A DNA stretch of 64,000 bases from Macrostomum hystrix (taxonomy: Eukaryota > Animalia > Platyhelminthes): assembly GCA_950097015.1 (NCBI GenBank), contig CATNEN010000039.1, positions 930,001-994,000 on the forward strand. Reading direction: 5' to 3'. Each line of letters starts with the position of its first letter. Position 1 is the stretch's first letter. A program made the translations under genes and the position numbers. The notes under the pieces are model-generated. The model was not told the origin of the DNA, did not search any database, and saw only the letters and a list, made by a program, of their open reading frames with translations. Shown in pieces: positions 20,278 through 33,800 of the stretch.

Positions 20278-21407
20278 TCAATGGTAGATGGTGGTCTCCC
20301 GCTCCCTGGTGTAAACAGAGCCATCGGGGCAGCGATAGCGCTCGGTGACCGTCGAGATCTTTTTGTTGCCCTCCGTCCTGGAGTTGCTGCTGGAGTCGAT
20401 CAAAGTGTCGGCGGTGTTCTTCGGCCCAATGGTATTCTGGCTGTTAGCCGCACCTCCTCCTGCAGGCTTGTCGGCCTGGCGCTGACCGCCCGACTCTGAA
20501 GCAACGTCAGTGTGGATGTGCGGGATCAGTTTTTGATTTCTATCGAATATTTAAATGGACTCAGTGTCTCTTTTAGCAGATATTCGAGATTTCCCACCTC
20601 AAGAACACTGCACATCATTGTTTGAAAAAACTCACTGCCGCCCTGCCCCTGCATGCTCTCTGGGAGGCGAACTTTGCCATCGCGAGTTGGTCGAACGTTA
20701 GCCACGAACTGGTCGATGTAGTTGCCGCTCGGGCTGTAGCGGCCGACAACGTAGACGCGTCCAGAGCTGGAGACGGCGCGGCCGAAGCCTACCTTCTCGG
20801 AGGCCTTCCACACCACCTGGGTGAAGTGACCTGCGGTGCAAAGCCAAACAAAGAGTTGAAGGACAATGCTCATGCTGCATGCAGTGAGGCCCCATTTGGA
20901 CGAGAAAGTCACTCACCGCAGCTGACCTGATTCTCAGCGTTGAAGTCGTAGTCGGCAATCTCGGAGTACCAATAGTCGGTGAAGTCACTTCCTGGATATG
21001 AGCGTGAAAGAGTTCATTATACGCATTATTTTAAGGTTTTCAAAATAAAAGTGGGCAGGTAGCTAACGGCTGTTAACCACCTCAGAAATGTTTTCTCAAT
21101 CTTCGTATACTGATTTTCAGTTGCTCCTTTTCGATTGTGCAATTGTGCGACGAATACCGCTGAGAAATCGGCCTTTCTTACCGGGAAAGTCCGCCCTCTC
21201 TGAGTTGTACTTCATGGCCACATTCTCTCCGATGCGGTCGTCCTGGCACTTGGGGTCGTGCTCCAGCTTGTCCTTCTTAGCGATGGTCTCCGCCCACTTC
21301 TGGGCTGCCTTGCCGAGTTCTTTGTCGTAGGTCAGCGGCGGGGCCTGGTGCAGGTCCCGATAGCGGTTGTGTGACTCGAGCAGTTGCTTGTTGAAGGCGT
21401 CCGTCAT
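20278..21407 (-). CDS. GAPR-1/GLIPR2-like CAP (SCP) domain protein without signal peptide; exons 21407-21182, 20991-20917, 20830-20636, 20495-20278
   Basis: HNRYR..H, GENVA, WYSEI..YDF, GHFTQVVW, G.G.A and YVV..YSPSGN motifs. All GT-AG junctions are phase-consistent. Confidence 0.92.
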
Positions 21408-22335
21408 TTTGGACCTTGGCTTTTAATTGGACAACTGAATCTTTCAACGGAAGGCATTTCATCCGTATCAGCATTCAAGTAATTAAAATTTGGGGGAAAA
21501 GTAAAGGAAGATATTTGTACAGTTGGAAAACTTACTGACACTTGCGGCGAGAAGCGGGTCGAAAGTTTCTCACGCGAGACTGCGGAGCGCGCGCCAGGCA
21601 CAGCAGCTCAATATCGAGCCGGCGTTTGCTTTTAAATAGCCGATGGGCGTCGGAGTCAAATGGCCCAAATAAAATGCGTGCGTGCAGTGGGAGAGAGGCA
21701 ATCCTTGTTAAAAGCTCTCCCTGAAAATCGTTACAAGACTTGCATGAGAGTCACATTAATGCTCTGTTTGCGTGAATTCTATCCAACAGAATACCCTAAA
21801 AGGTCAGTTTAGATAAGGCACCGAGTGAAATGACCTGAAGGAATGCGCATGGGTGGCCACATGGCACAAAAGCGCGGAGCCTCCCTAATGCGTCTGTATC
21901 TCTGTGGAGTAAGTCAACACGAGAGTGCAGCCGCGCCCTCTTCCACAGCTTTGTGCTGGACCAGCGCTGCAATACCTGAGAGCACAAAGATAAAGCGAGT
22001 TGCACTGCTAAAAACCAATAGTCCGACTTCGAGCACCAGTGCCATAAAATGCTTATCGAAGCTTTGAGTTGCGACTCAAACGAAGCTTTTAGAGCCTCGG
22101 CCTGCAAACTGCGATTTACGTCTAGAATTGTAATTATAATAAAAGAATTGTCTTTTATAAAAATGCATTATAATATGATCTGCGCAGATACTGTTAGCGA
22201 GAACCTAATTGCTGCATTTAGCCCGAGTATGCGGTGACCATAGTTCATTGTATTCTGCCCGAGCGGTCACCAACAGATAAATTTTGTGACAGCCTCTAAC
22301 GTCTGTGGCCCAAATAAACGGGGTAACTATAGATT

Positions 22336-23395
22336 TTATTGCATTGTATTTAATAGGATAACTTTAATAAGATAGATAGCAATAATTAGAACAATAAAGT
22401 TCTTGATGATGGTTTCCATAAAGTTTAGAAACTCGAGTGTTGCACCGCAAGATCGGTACACAATCCAGCCGTTTCGGGCCAGCACAAGAAAAAGATGCGC
22501 GCCGAGCTTTGTGGGCCACTTCTGAGTCCGCCGGCTTGGGTTGTAGGGCTGCAAGGCAGAGTGCAGCCTGTCGCCACCACCCATAAACCTGTTGTATAAT
22601 ACGACTGTCTGTAGCTTCTGCTCGATGACCAGTGCATTTCCACGCACAATCCGGTGAACAGGGTGAAGTTGGGCTACGCCTTGTGTGTAGAGGAAATGAA
22701 CTTTTTTTAGGTCCGAGCTCTTCCTGTCGGTTATTTTTAACGCCAGCACATTGCCTCTGCGCATAAACTAGCTGCTCGGAGCTTGGTTTCCTTGGATACA
22801 TCAAAGACCATCTGGCACACCGCGATCGGCACGAACTGTGCAAGTCAGCAGCGTGCTCCGCTGCAGCAGATACATCGCAAGACGATACGATCCCAACCAA
22901 CTATCGCAGAAGACATGATAACCTAAATCGAATACGTACCTAACTGCTTCCACCAGGACCCTTTCACTCTGAGATGTTGTTACGTCTTTCCAAGTAGTGA
23001 ACATTTGAGGCAAGGTTCGGCATCGACGCTTGCAGCTCATCGAATTTACGCCATGCACGCGCATTGGTCCAATCGCAGAGTTGTTGCAGCAGACCAACGG
23101 TCAGAAATAGCTGGAAAGACGCAGCTGGATCGTCATCGGCGATCTCTGTCCTCAGCAAGTCAGGGTTCAGACCGGGCATTCCCAAGAACTCGGGTTCTAC
23201 ATCTGGCCGTTGATCCTGCCCAGGTTCCCGTGCCGCCCAAGCATAATTCCGAAAGCCGTCGGCAACTTCATTTGACTGGAGATGGAGGTCCTCCTCTTCT
23301 TGTCCTTCATCATCGTCCGCAGTTAGCCATTCTTCCTCCTCCTCAAGTTCGGAGTCGGTATCAAAATGTACTTGAGCCGCAGCCATGACGAACAC
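22336..23395 (-). pseudogene. Fragmented piggyBac (PGBD4-like) transposase relic
   Basis: Acidic N-terminus, FQLFLT...TNARA, and GYHVFCDSWLGS..LA..L.....LLTCTVRADRGVP, spread over several frames with deletions. Possible GGG|TTAA end at 23779. Confidence 0.8.
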
Positions 23396-24080
23396 ACGAC
23401 GGACTACTAAATTGTCGTTTATATCAACTAAGGTAGCCCGAAACTGTCAGACACTGTCCGACACTTGGAAATTACTAAGTTAAAAAGGTGCTGATCAGGA
23501 TCAAATTAACTAATTATAGCACTTGCTCTTGATTCGATTCAAACTTAATTTCAAAAGGTCAATCACATCAACTCAAATCCATTCACCCACCCACCCATCA
23601 CCCGCCCCAGTCCAATCTGTTCTTTGCTTTCGTGGTTATCCTTGCTGCTATAGATCAGATCAGCTAATCGGCAGGCTATCGCAGGCTACGGTGGTGTCAA
23701 AATTAAGCTGGAAATATTTATGGCCTGCTCTGCAGTCCATACGGCAAGCTACGCTGGTGTAGCATCAGCATTGTAGGGGTTAATTTTGAGCTGGCCCGTT
23801 AATAAAGAACGTGATTCGCTAATGTCTCTAACGCTAGCATGCAAAAAATAAGTTGCGTATAAATAAAACCAAATTTGATGTGCCCAACTGAATAAAACAA
23901 TGGAGAGATAGCGCCCGGCTTTTATCACATTGTACACTTTTGGAGGGGCTTTTTCCCAGCCACCAATGAAGCCTGATTGTTGCACGCCTTTACTGTCTAT
24001 GTCCCGAACCCCGCCAGCTGTCTCGCTGTCTTACAGCCTTCCCCAAACTGAGTTCTCTTGCTGCCCTAAGTCAGGCGGTC

Positions 24081-24500
24081 TACTTTTGGACCATAGACAT
24101 TTCGGGCGTGCACCAATCGACAAAATAATCGATTGCTGCACGCCCCGCGAGACCGCTGGCTATATCCGCTCCGTGAGACTGATTGTTGCACGCCCCAACT
24201 GTCTGTGGTCCAAAAGTATACAATGCCAGTGATAAACGGCTATTCGTACTGCAACGTTTTAAACCTCGGGCGCTACGCGCCCTCGGTTAAAAACATTGCA
24301 GCACTCATAGCCGTTTATTACTATATCATTGACGACTGGTTTGGACACTCAGCATCATCGATAATCAATGGGTGGCTTGGACCATAGACATTCAGCGTGC
24401 AAAAATACACCATTATCTGCACGCTGACGGTTGGATAATTGTACGAGAGTATTTTTGTCAACATACGCTGACTGGAGCATTATTGCACGCTGTCTATGGT
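24081..24500. repeat. Cluster of palindromic/foldback elements
   Basis: IR 24081-24099 / 24200-24218; 95-bp imperfect palindrome 24228-24322; related IR at ~24377 / ~24500. Confidence 0.75.
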
Positions 24501-24509
24501 AAATCCTGG

Positions 24510-25587
24510 CAGTGTCGGGCACAGGTCCAATACTCCGATACTCGGATAGTATCGCCGATACCATTTGAGTATCGGACCTCGATACTTTTTCTCAGTATCG
24601 GACTATGGTATCGCGCGATACATTTCTTAAGTCCGATAATCCGATACATTTAATCTAATAGTAGTACATTTTTGTTTTTTTCGGCTAAAAAGCCTAGAAA
24701 GGGTTAACAAAAGTAACACAAGTACAAAAATATGTTAATTACGTAATTTAATACATTAGCACATTTTTGAAGTTCGATTTCGATCAATTAAACATTACGT
24801 TAAGTTATTGTTAACTACATCAAGTTACTTTCATTCTTTTTTTCTTTATCTTACGTAGTATTAGAAGAACATTGTTACTTAAAATTTAACTAGTGAGTTA
24901 GCTATTGGCCTATTGTACGACTGGCAACTATCAACTATGCCAGGCCGACGCCGTGGCAATTGCCAAGCAGGCCCCAGTGCTGCTAATAACAGCCATATAG
25001 GTCTTGTTCTACTGATGATGATGTCATTTATGTTGATGATGTTGCTTCTGTACGGCACAACACGCCCGTACCGTACGGAACCTTCTGTCTGGTGCTGCTG
25101 TCGAACGTCTTTTCTCAGTTGCCAAGGACGTTCTCCGTGCTAAGCGCGCTCCACTGGCCGATTCGACCCTCATGACGCTGGTCCTTCTCCGGGCAACCAG
25201 TATATCTTACTCGAGCCACTCTGAATTGTCAATTGAATTCTGAAATGACATTAGCTATTAGGCGAGTAGTTTCCTGTTAAATTGTTCAGAAATTTAGTGA
25301 AAGGTGCAGTATAGTAATGTCTCATTTCTAATTAAAGAGTTGACTTTATGTATCATGATGCGCATATAGCGTCTAAAATGAAGTTACTGTGAGCTTTTTT
25401 TCAATTTTAGGCTTCGCAGATGCAGAAAACAAGAAAAAATGATGTATCGGACTAAGTATCGGATTAAAGTATCGGGCGATACTCAAATTTTGGTATCGGA
25501 CCAACAAATATCGCCGATACCTTTTAGAGTATCGGTATCGGAATATCGCTTTAAAGCAATACTTTAAAAGTATCGCGCCCAACACTG
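24510..25587. mobile_element. Non-autonomous hAT element
   Basis: TIRs CAGTGTCGGGC / GCCCAACACTG, exact 8-bp TSD aatcctgg (24502-24509 and 25588-25595), and many subterminal GTATCG/CGATAC motifs at both ends. Confidence 0.9.
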
Positions 25588-25908
25588 AATCCTGGCAATA
25601 TTTTGTCTCAGCTAGCATCCAAATCATTCATCATTGATCTTCAAATCTGCTAACTTCGTCGATTTTTATGGCAAGGGCCGCTCGACTTTCGCAAAGACCC
25701 AGCAGACAGCGGACACCGGCACATGTTAAACAATTGGGACGCCTGTATTTACCGGAACTACAATTAATTTGACACATGTACATAAAACGCAACAGCTAAC
25801 TGCACAATCCAAAAAATATCTGACGGGCCTAATAAAAACTCAAGTCAGGATTAGTTATCCTGGTAACTAAGTTAAAAACAAATACTTTGGAGCATACACT
25901 CAGCAACA

Positions 25909-26591
25909 TTGAAAAAGCGAACGGGCTGGTCGAGCGTTTTCACCGCTGCCCTCATGGCGCGTCTGGCGGGACCGGCCTGGCTCAGCGAGCTGCCCTGGGT
26001 GCTACTCGGCATCCGGACGGCCCCCAAGAGGATCTGCCGGCATCATCGGCTGAGCTGGTCTAAGGAGCGCCCCTCTGCGTACCCGGCGCGTGCTTACGGC
26101 CTAACCCACCTGCTGACGACCACGAATAGTTCCTCGCCCAGCTCCGCGAAGTTGTGCAAGCGTTTCGGCCGACGCCGACAGCGCATCACGGCAGCCGCCC
26201 GACTACCTGGCCCGCTGCCTTTGACTCCTGCCCATTTGTTTTTATCCGGCGGGTTGCCCACTCTGCAGAAGCCCTATTGCGGCCCGCTCAAGGTCATCGA
26301 GCGGGACGCCAAGACATTCCACCTGGGCACGCGGCGCGACCGAGTGACGGTCGACAGGCTGAAGCTGGCTGTCATTGATGCCAGCAGCCCCCACACACCG
26401 CTGCCGCGGCCTTGCGACAGAGAGGCAGCCCACGTCACGGCAGCCCACAGCCCAGCTGCTACGCCGTCCGGCCCCAGCGCCCGGCAACCGGCCAGCGAGC
26501 CGCTGCACTCCCAAACCGTCGTCGTCAACCACCTCGCTGATGCCGCTCGACGACCTTCAATGCATAACTCGTTGCTGCAGGGGGAGGCCGG
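25909..26591 (+). pseudogene. Degenerate Gypsy integrase C-terminus plus polypurine tract
   Basis: NGLVERF, WLSELPWVLLGIRTAPK, LQKPYCGPLKVI and VTVDRLK motifs with frameshifts and stops; G-rich tract before 26592. Confidence 0.8.
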
Positions 26592-26772
26592 TGTTTAGCC
26601 GGGGGGTCGGTGCACCCAGCCAGCCCGGTGGTTAAGCCGGGTGTGAACTCTCGCCACCTGAATGGCGCACCTCTCCATGCTATCTCCGTGTTCTTGTTTA
26701 AACTCGCGACTATTGAATAAAGCAAATCACCCATTCTCGCTAACTTAAGTTGTTTCTCGCAAGCCGCTAAAG
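26592..26772 (+). mobile_element. Short 3' LTR of the Gypsy relic
   Basis: Begins TGTTTAGC right after the PPT, has AATAAA at ~26716, and ends ...GCTAAA (imperfect inverted terminus). Confidence 0.55.
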
Positions 26773-26986
26773 CGTACTTTTTATGAGAGACCATGTTCTA
26801 AATTTTAGTTCTAAACTAAAATAAACTGTCGATTTATAATTTTTATTTCTTGTGATAAATTATCATCAGTTTTCTCATAGACAAGTTAAATACTTCGTTA
26901 TACATGATCAAAAAGTTCATTCTAAAATGTTACTAATTTAACAATACGTACGATTCAGTTAGTCTTTGCTTCTGCAGGCAAGACAG

Positions 26987-27154
26987 CCTTGGCGTAGTTT
27001 GGGGGGATTCGGGGATATATCCCCCCTAGCGGCAAAAAATTGTCGGATAGTTAAAAGGGGGAGTATTACCATTAAAATACAGTATATTTTTTGAATTGTT
27101 CATTCTACTTTTTTTCATTTATCCCCCTATCGAAAATTCCTAGCTACACCACTG
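26987..27154. mobile_element. Small degenerate MITE
   Basis: Imperfect TIRs (TGGCGTAG.. / ..CTACACCACTG) and an internal GGGGATATATCCCC palindrome. Confidence 0.4.
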
Positions 27155-27880
27155 AGGCCAGACGTTCGTTCTTTAGTTCTAATTTACTTGCAACCTTTGG
27201 AAATTTTTTGGAAGTAATTTTTCCTAATAAGTATGTGTACATACATAAGAAAAGCATATAACTTTTTTGCAACCTTTTGACTTGAATTATAAATTTGCAA
27301 AGCCTATAAGTATAATATAAATACATATGATATATTCCTTTCTTAATTCGTATTTGTATTCGTTTTCATGTATGTTAAAACGAAATTCATATTCACATTA
27401 AATAAATAAATCCAAATTAATTTTAACCTTCTATGACTTAAATAGTTTAAACACAAAAAATTCTTTTAAGAAAAGCATGCCAAATATAAATGTATTCCTA
27501 GGCCTAACTTTTTGTGTTTCTGTAACCATTTGAAAATGAGGTTATATTCTATTGTTTTTATTAAAAGAAAAGCTGAAAATCATTAAACTCATTTTTCAGA
27601 TTTTGATTTTGACTTTGAATTTTTAGATTCTATATTCAGATTAGAACCTGTTTCTACATATGATTCAATACAGAAATTAGCTAGTTAGTTATATTAGTTA
27701 CACTGTGCTTTTTATCAAGAAAGGACCAATTCATGAAATTTTCTGTTAGTTAAATAATTAAGCTTTTATATTGTAAGTAAAGTAGACAAAAATTTTTCTA
27801 TTTGTGTTTTTGAATTAATTAATTTGATTATTTACAGACACATAACTAGACTGCTAACTAGACCCAAGGCAGCACAATCA

Positions 27881-30800
27881 ATGGCTTCCCCAGAGGCTTT
27901 TGATCAGAAAAGCACCAGCGATTCTGTCCTTGTGAAAATTCACTTCCTGACTGACCTGGAAAAGGAGTCTGTAGTTCAGGTGCTGCAGAGGAATGAAAAG
28001 ATTCGCAAACAAGAATCTGAAAGACGAAGGTGAGTAAGCAAATGGATCTGGCCAGTCTCAGAAAAGCCATACAGTCACCAAAACGACCCCCTAACTTCCC
28101 CCAAAGGCGCCTAAGGCAGGAGCTGGATCGGCTCGAGTCCAGCTGCGCGACCTCGCAGTCCCCGCTGGCAGCCCTGACCCGGTCCTGCCCCCGTTGCGAG
28201 GTCGCTCTTGCCCTGCTGGTTCGCGGCGCTTGCGACTGCTGCCTCTGCCGCCTGACTGTCTGCCGCTCCTGCGTGCACCTCTTCCGCGACAGCCAGCTCT
28301 GCCTTTGCTCAGTTTGCTACCAGAAGCTGTGAGTCTAAAACTTTGGGTTGTCAAGATCTTTGGGTCATCGGAAAACATGGAAGCGGCCGTAGAGTCGTGG
28401 AGTGCATCATAATTGCTTAGATACGCGTTTCCAAAGCCTGTGTTTCTGAACACTGGTGCTGGCTCCGAGAAATCGATAATTTATAATAGAAATGTCCCTA
28501 TGATAATAAGCGATGCGTATATCTTGGGGAAATCAAATCTTATAATTTGATATCGCCGTCGTTCTTTCTGATTGGGTTTCGATTAATTTTTGGTTGTAAA
28601 TATTTAAAAAAAGTTTACTAATATTGAAAAACTATTAATCATAATCATAGCTTAATCAGTACCCTGATAGAATACTTGAATCGACAAATTCCCAGGATTA
28701 CTAGGCAAAATTCTTAATCCACCTCAGAGTACTTTCTCGTCTGCACTTTTCCTGACAGGCTTTATGAAAGCAAAACGGGAAACTGGATGAACCTGAAGAG
28801 CGTCATGATCGCCGCCGAGTCCTCCGCCGTCTCTGCCACTGCGCAAGCCGAGGAAGCTGGCGGCGAGCTGCTAAGCGGCCTGCTGGCCAGGCTGTCAGGT
28901 GAGCTTGTCTCGTGTCAGGTTAACACGCTGAGCACTGGAATCGCTGTTTACAATCTCGTTAAGTAGGATAAAGCAGCCAATTATCTCGCACCTCCCTTCA
29001 GCAGGAAGTCCAGTGGGCGCCAGTCGGGGCGAAGATCAGCGTTCAGCCAGCGCCGACACCAGAGTCCCAGTGCTTGTCCGCCAGTCGGACCAGCCGACGG
29101 CCACCTATCGTGTCTACCAGGTGTCCACCAAGCGCTTCATTGACAGCCCACCGCCACGCCAGATTGATAATGACGAGGCAGCCGCCGCTGCCATTGATGC
29201 TGAACCTGAGAACTTAAAGGATGGCGCAGATGTTGAAGGCTCCGAGATGACTATTGAAGAGAGAATGAGGCTGCATCTGGAGGGCTCCTCTGGTGAGGCT
29301 TGGGAACTTGCTTCTGCTATGATGCTATCGGAAATGTAGTATTTTGTATTATTTTCAGATATTGTTCGCAGGCTCTGGGAGCATCAGGCCAGGTTTGAGT
29401 CCGGCTTAACATCGGTAGCTGTATCAAAAGGTGAGAAGCCTGATTAGTTAGCCCGTTGTGCTGATAACACTTTTCAGCTAACTTTCTATTGCGCTGGTTA
29501 GCTTTAAGCACTTTATTTGGCATGTTGTCAATGAACATATTGACTAGCCAAAGTCAACTCAAACAATCGCTTTGCGCGTCGATTTTAACCAATTTTCGAG
29601 CTGCCAATCGTGCAAGATCAGCTGGACTGATCAATCCTAACCAAATCTGCGCGCTTCTGCTAACAGAGCCTTTTCGCAAGGTAATTGCCCCAGTGAGTGC
29701 TGTTCTTTTCTGACTATCCGAATCAAAACTGCGAAAACCTCCCGTAAATTTCAGACCCACCGGCCGGCAGTGAAGCTGCGCCTGGTCTGCTTGTTGATGA
29801 GGCACCCCTCGTTAGCGTCACGGTTACCAAGACTCGCTCGGAGCTGCCAGAGACAGTCGGAAGCCTGACCGATGAGAGTGGCAGCTCAGCCTTGGTACAG
29901 CCCCATGGAGCTGAAGAAGACACTCACAATCAGCAGCTCGAGGATATCGGGCCACAGCAGATCAAAGCCTCAGGCGCAGGAACTGAGATTGATTTGAGAT
30001 TGAGCACACCACAGGCAGGTTCGGCTCAAGACACAGATTCACCACCGATCGCGTCTTGGAGTCAAGAGATTGCAACATCGAACGATGAACCCGGAATCCG
30101 AACAAATTTTTCTGGACCTAGCCTTCAGCAACATTCAAACAACAGTGATGATGTGTCTTCAGTTCAAACAACTCATGTATTGTCTACATCTACTGCTCAG
30201 GAAATAATCTCTGATTCGGATACGAGTTCTATACAGCTCGACGTCGACATCGACTTAAGTCTTATCAGGGGTCAAGCTAGCGTCGAGGACTTTGATGCGC
30301 AAGACATGATCCTAGAGCAGCCTTGTGTTGCATCGGCTGCAGATGCCAGTCTGAAGACGCGAATTACCGTTAGCGAATTCCGGGAGGCCAGTGCTAACTC
30401 TGATCCCCTTTCCCATCTTCTCACTCGTTGCGATAGCGCTGAAGTTGTTCGCGGACGTGCTATTAACTTAGCGATCGCTCTCAATAAAGTAGCCGAGGAA
30501 AGGGCCATTAACGCAATTGAAAGCTCCCTGAAATCAGTCCAGGGAGACTATGAGAGACCTGTTCATTGCGATGCAACTGTGAGTCGCACTGAGGATTCTG
30601 ACAAACGGGAAGATGAACTTGACGAAATCTCGCGTCACCTGTCTCCTTCAAGTGAGATAGAGCAAGTGTCGATCTTCGAAGGTCAGTCGCAAGTCAACGA
30701 GCAGGTTGGTGATATGGGGGCGAGCCTAGACAAGTTGGCATCGGCTCTGATTGTTGAAGACTTGGCTGACACCGTGCATAGCAACTATCGTAACTCGGCG

Positions 30801-33800
30801 AGAAGTATTGATGTTCGACATGAAGGGGTTGCCGATGGCAGCCTGCATTGCTTGGACAGCCTGTTAGACAGCGGCGATCTTCAGAGACACCCCCTGACGA
30901 CAGATTTTCAAGGCGAAATTCAAGAAGGATTGGTTTGCCCGGAGTTTGCATCAGAGGTCCAACCATCAGAGTCCGTAACCGAAGCTCCTGCACCTTTAAG
31001 TGAACACGATTTTGAGTCTCGCTCTCCGGAAGCCCATGGAGCAGCTGCTCAGATCGTGCAAAATATAGAAAAAAGTGTGCGCCTCGATTTAAATAGTTCT
31101 GATCAGAAGAAGGACGATCGAATGTTTCCACTCGACGCTGATGTCGACATTGGATTCATCCAAGACCATTTGAGAGTCAGGGCTGACAATGCTGATATCG
31201 CTCACAATGAACAGCCTACTGTTGCCACAGCTGCGGATGATAACCTGAAGACTCGAATTCACGAGAGCGGATTCCAGGAGGCTACTAATAACTCTGGCCC
31301 GCTTTCTGAACTTCTAAACCAAAATGATTACGCCGAAGAGGTCATTCGAGGACCAAGCGGATGCACTTCGATCATAGCCATGCCCGAATGCCGTGAAAAA
31401 GCCATCGATGCGATTGACAGCTCACTTAGAGCAGTCCAGGGAGACTATGAGAGACCTGTTCATTGCGATGCAACTGTGAGTCGCACTGAGGATTCTGACA
31501 AACGGGAAGATGAACTTGACGAAATCTCGCGTCACCTGTCTCCTTCAAGCGAGATAGAGCAAGTGTCGATCTTCGAAGGTCAGTCGCAAGTCAACGAGCA
31601 GGTTGGTGATATGGGGGCGAGCCTAGACAAGTTGGCATCGGCTCTGATTGTTGAAGACTTGGCTGACACCGTGCATAGCAACTATCGTAACTCGGCGAGA
31701 AGTATTGATGTTCGACATGAAGGGGTTGCCGATGGCAGCCTGCATTGCTTGGACAGCCTGTTAGACGATGCTGATCTTCCGCGATATCAGACTGACTTTG
31801 AAATCAAGGCCGAGATTACAGACGATGCCATTAACCCTGAAGCTAATCCGCGGTCTGTTGAGTTTACGAGTGAGCGGCGTGGGTTGGATGTCCCAATTAA
31901 GCCTCCGGACGTCGACTCGGTGGTGCAGCTGCTGGACAGTGATGATATAATCGGTTCCAAAGGAGTCAATGATAGAATGGAAATACGTCTATATGACATT
32001 CAAGAACAGAAGATAGAGGCCACAGAATATTCAGATTTGGAAGATTCTACGTCCAACCTTTTCGTAAGAAGATCGAGAATAACTGGCAGGGAAATGCCGG
32101 GCTTGTGTGATGAGGACGCTGTCAACACTGCAGAGCACGTTGTCGCATTGCTAGAGACATCAGGTCTAACGATTAGACGCGAACCAGACTCAGATCCCGA
32201 AACTTACGTTGCCTCTTCTGATACCACTAAAATTGAGTCAGCACAGGACTTAGCTCACGCCGTTGTCAGTCTCTTGCATCACGATGACTTGACGCTGTTA
32301 CGAGATAAATCTCCAGATCATCACTCGGAAACAGAAATTACTGATGATGACTCCGTGCCGATTCCAAAAGTGGCAGAGCTTGCGGCTCCGCCCGAAGTTT
32401 CTGTGGTGTCGATTGTCGATCTTCTCGACAAAGACGATTTTGTCTTAAAACGTTTTTTTGAGGTCGATGCTGTCCCCCCTGCTAAGGTGACAGTAGATTC
32501 AGTTGTCAGTTTGCTAGATTCTGACGACCTTGTGCTAGATCAAGAGTATGAAACGATTCGTGACTTCGAGACCGACAATGAAGTTGTGCTGACAGCTTGC
32601 GAACCCACTGAGCAAAGGAAAGATTTTAGACCGGTGACTGAAGTGGACACGCTTGTTTGTCTACTCGACCACAATGACCTAAGAATTCAGGATAGTCACG
32701 TGCATTGTTTCGGGTCGAAACCTCCGGTCGCAGGAATGGAAGTGTCAATTGATTCCATGGTTAAGCTGCTTGACAGTGATGATCTGATGCTAAAAAATAG
32801 TGAGTCAGAGGACGATAAACAAGAATTGATTGAAGCTACTGAAATGGTGGAGCCGGCTTATGGGTCTAGAGAACAAAACAAAAAAACTGTTAAAGGTACC
32901 TCAGGGCAAACCTTTGATATCAAGTCCATTGAAGAAGCAGATGTACTCGCTTGCCTGCTTGATCACAACGATCTGTTACTTCCCGACGGAAATTTGCATC
33001 GCTGCGACTCGAGCGTTTCGGCTGAGGTAGACGCTTCAGCAGATTCTATCGCCAAGCTGCTGGACGGCAGTGATCTGCTGATGCAAAAGAAAGAGTCAGT
33101 GGATCAGGACCCGGTAGAAGAAGAAGCCTCAGAAATCACACATTCATCTAACGGATCAGACAGCCAGACAAGGAATCTCGATTTGTCTGCTGATGGCGTT
33201 GCAAGCTTGCTTGACAGCGGTGATTTAGCTTACAAAATGGAGGAGCGCAATGAGCATGTGTTCACAAACGACTCTCCTGATTATACACTCCAGCACCCCC
33301 CTCAACTACATGTTGAGACTCTGAAATTGCCACTGAAAGAATCCGCAACACATGCAAACGTTAGTGCGGTCGATGATATCGCGTCTGACTTTGACCTGAG
33401 CCTAATCAGATCGCGACTTGGATTTGATTATTCAGGCATCAGTGTCGATGAAGACAGAGTTGATTGTAGTCACTGTGCCGAATGCAATAAGACTAAGATT
33501 TGGGTCAAACAGGAATACGAATTCACTGGTAATCCACAACCTTTGACTGTAGTGCTACTGGATACACTTCACTGTGAGCAGGATGTGCTGCACCCGATCT
33601 CAAACAGACATTCAAAATGCGCAGATTCTAATCAAACGCAGATCTTGGGCCAATTAGCCCGATCGCTGGAAGCATCAGAGGCTGTGGATGAAACACCAGT
33701 GAAAACCGGAAACTACACGGTCATCGGGGGCAGTAAGATTTCTCCAAAACTGCCTGATCAGGCCTTACACTCCATGGAGAGGCTGCTGCCTCAGGAAGAC

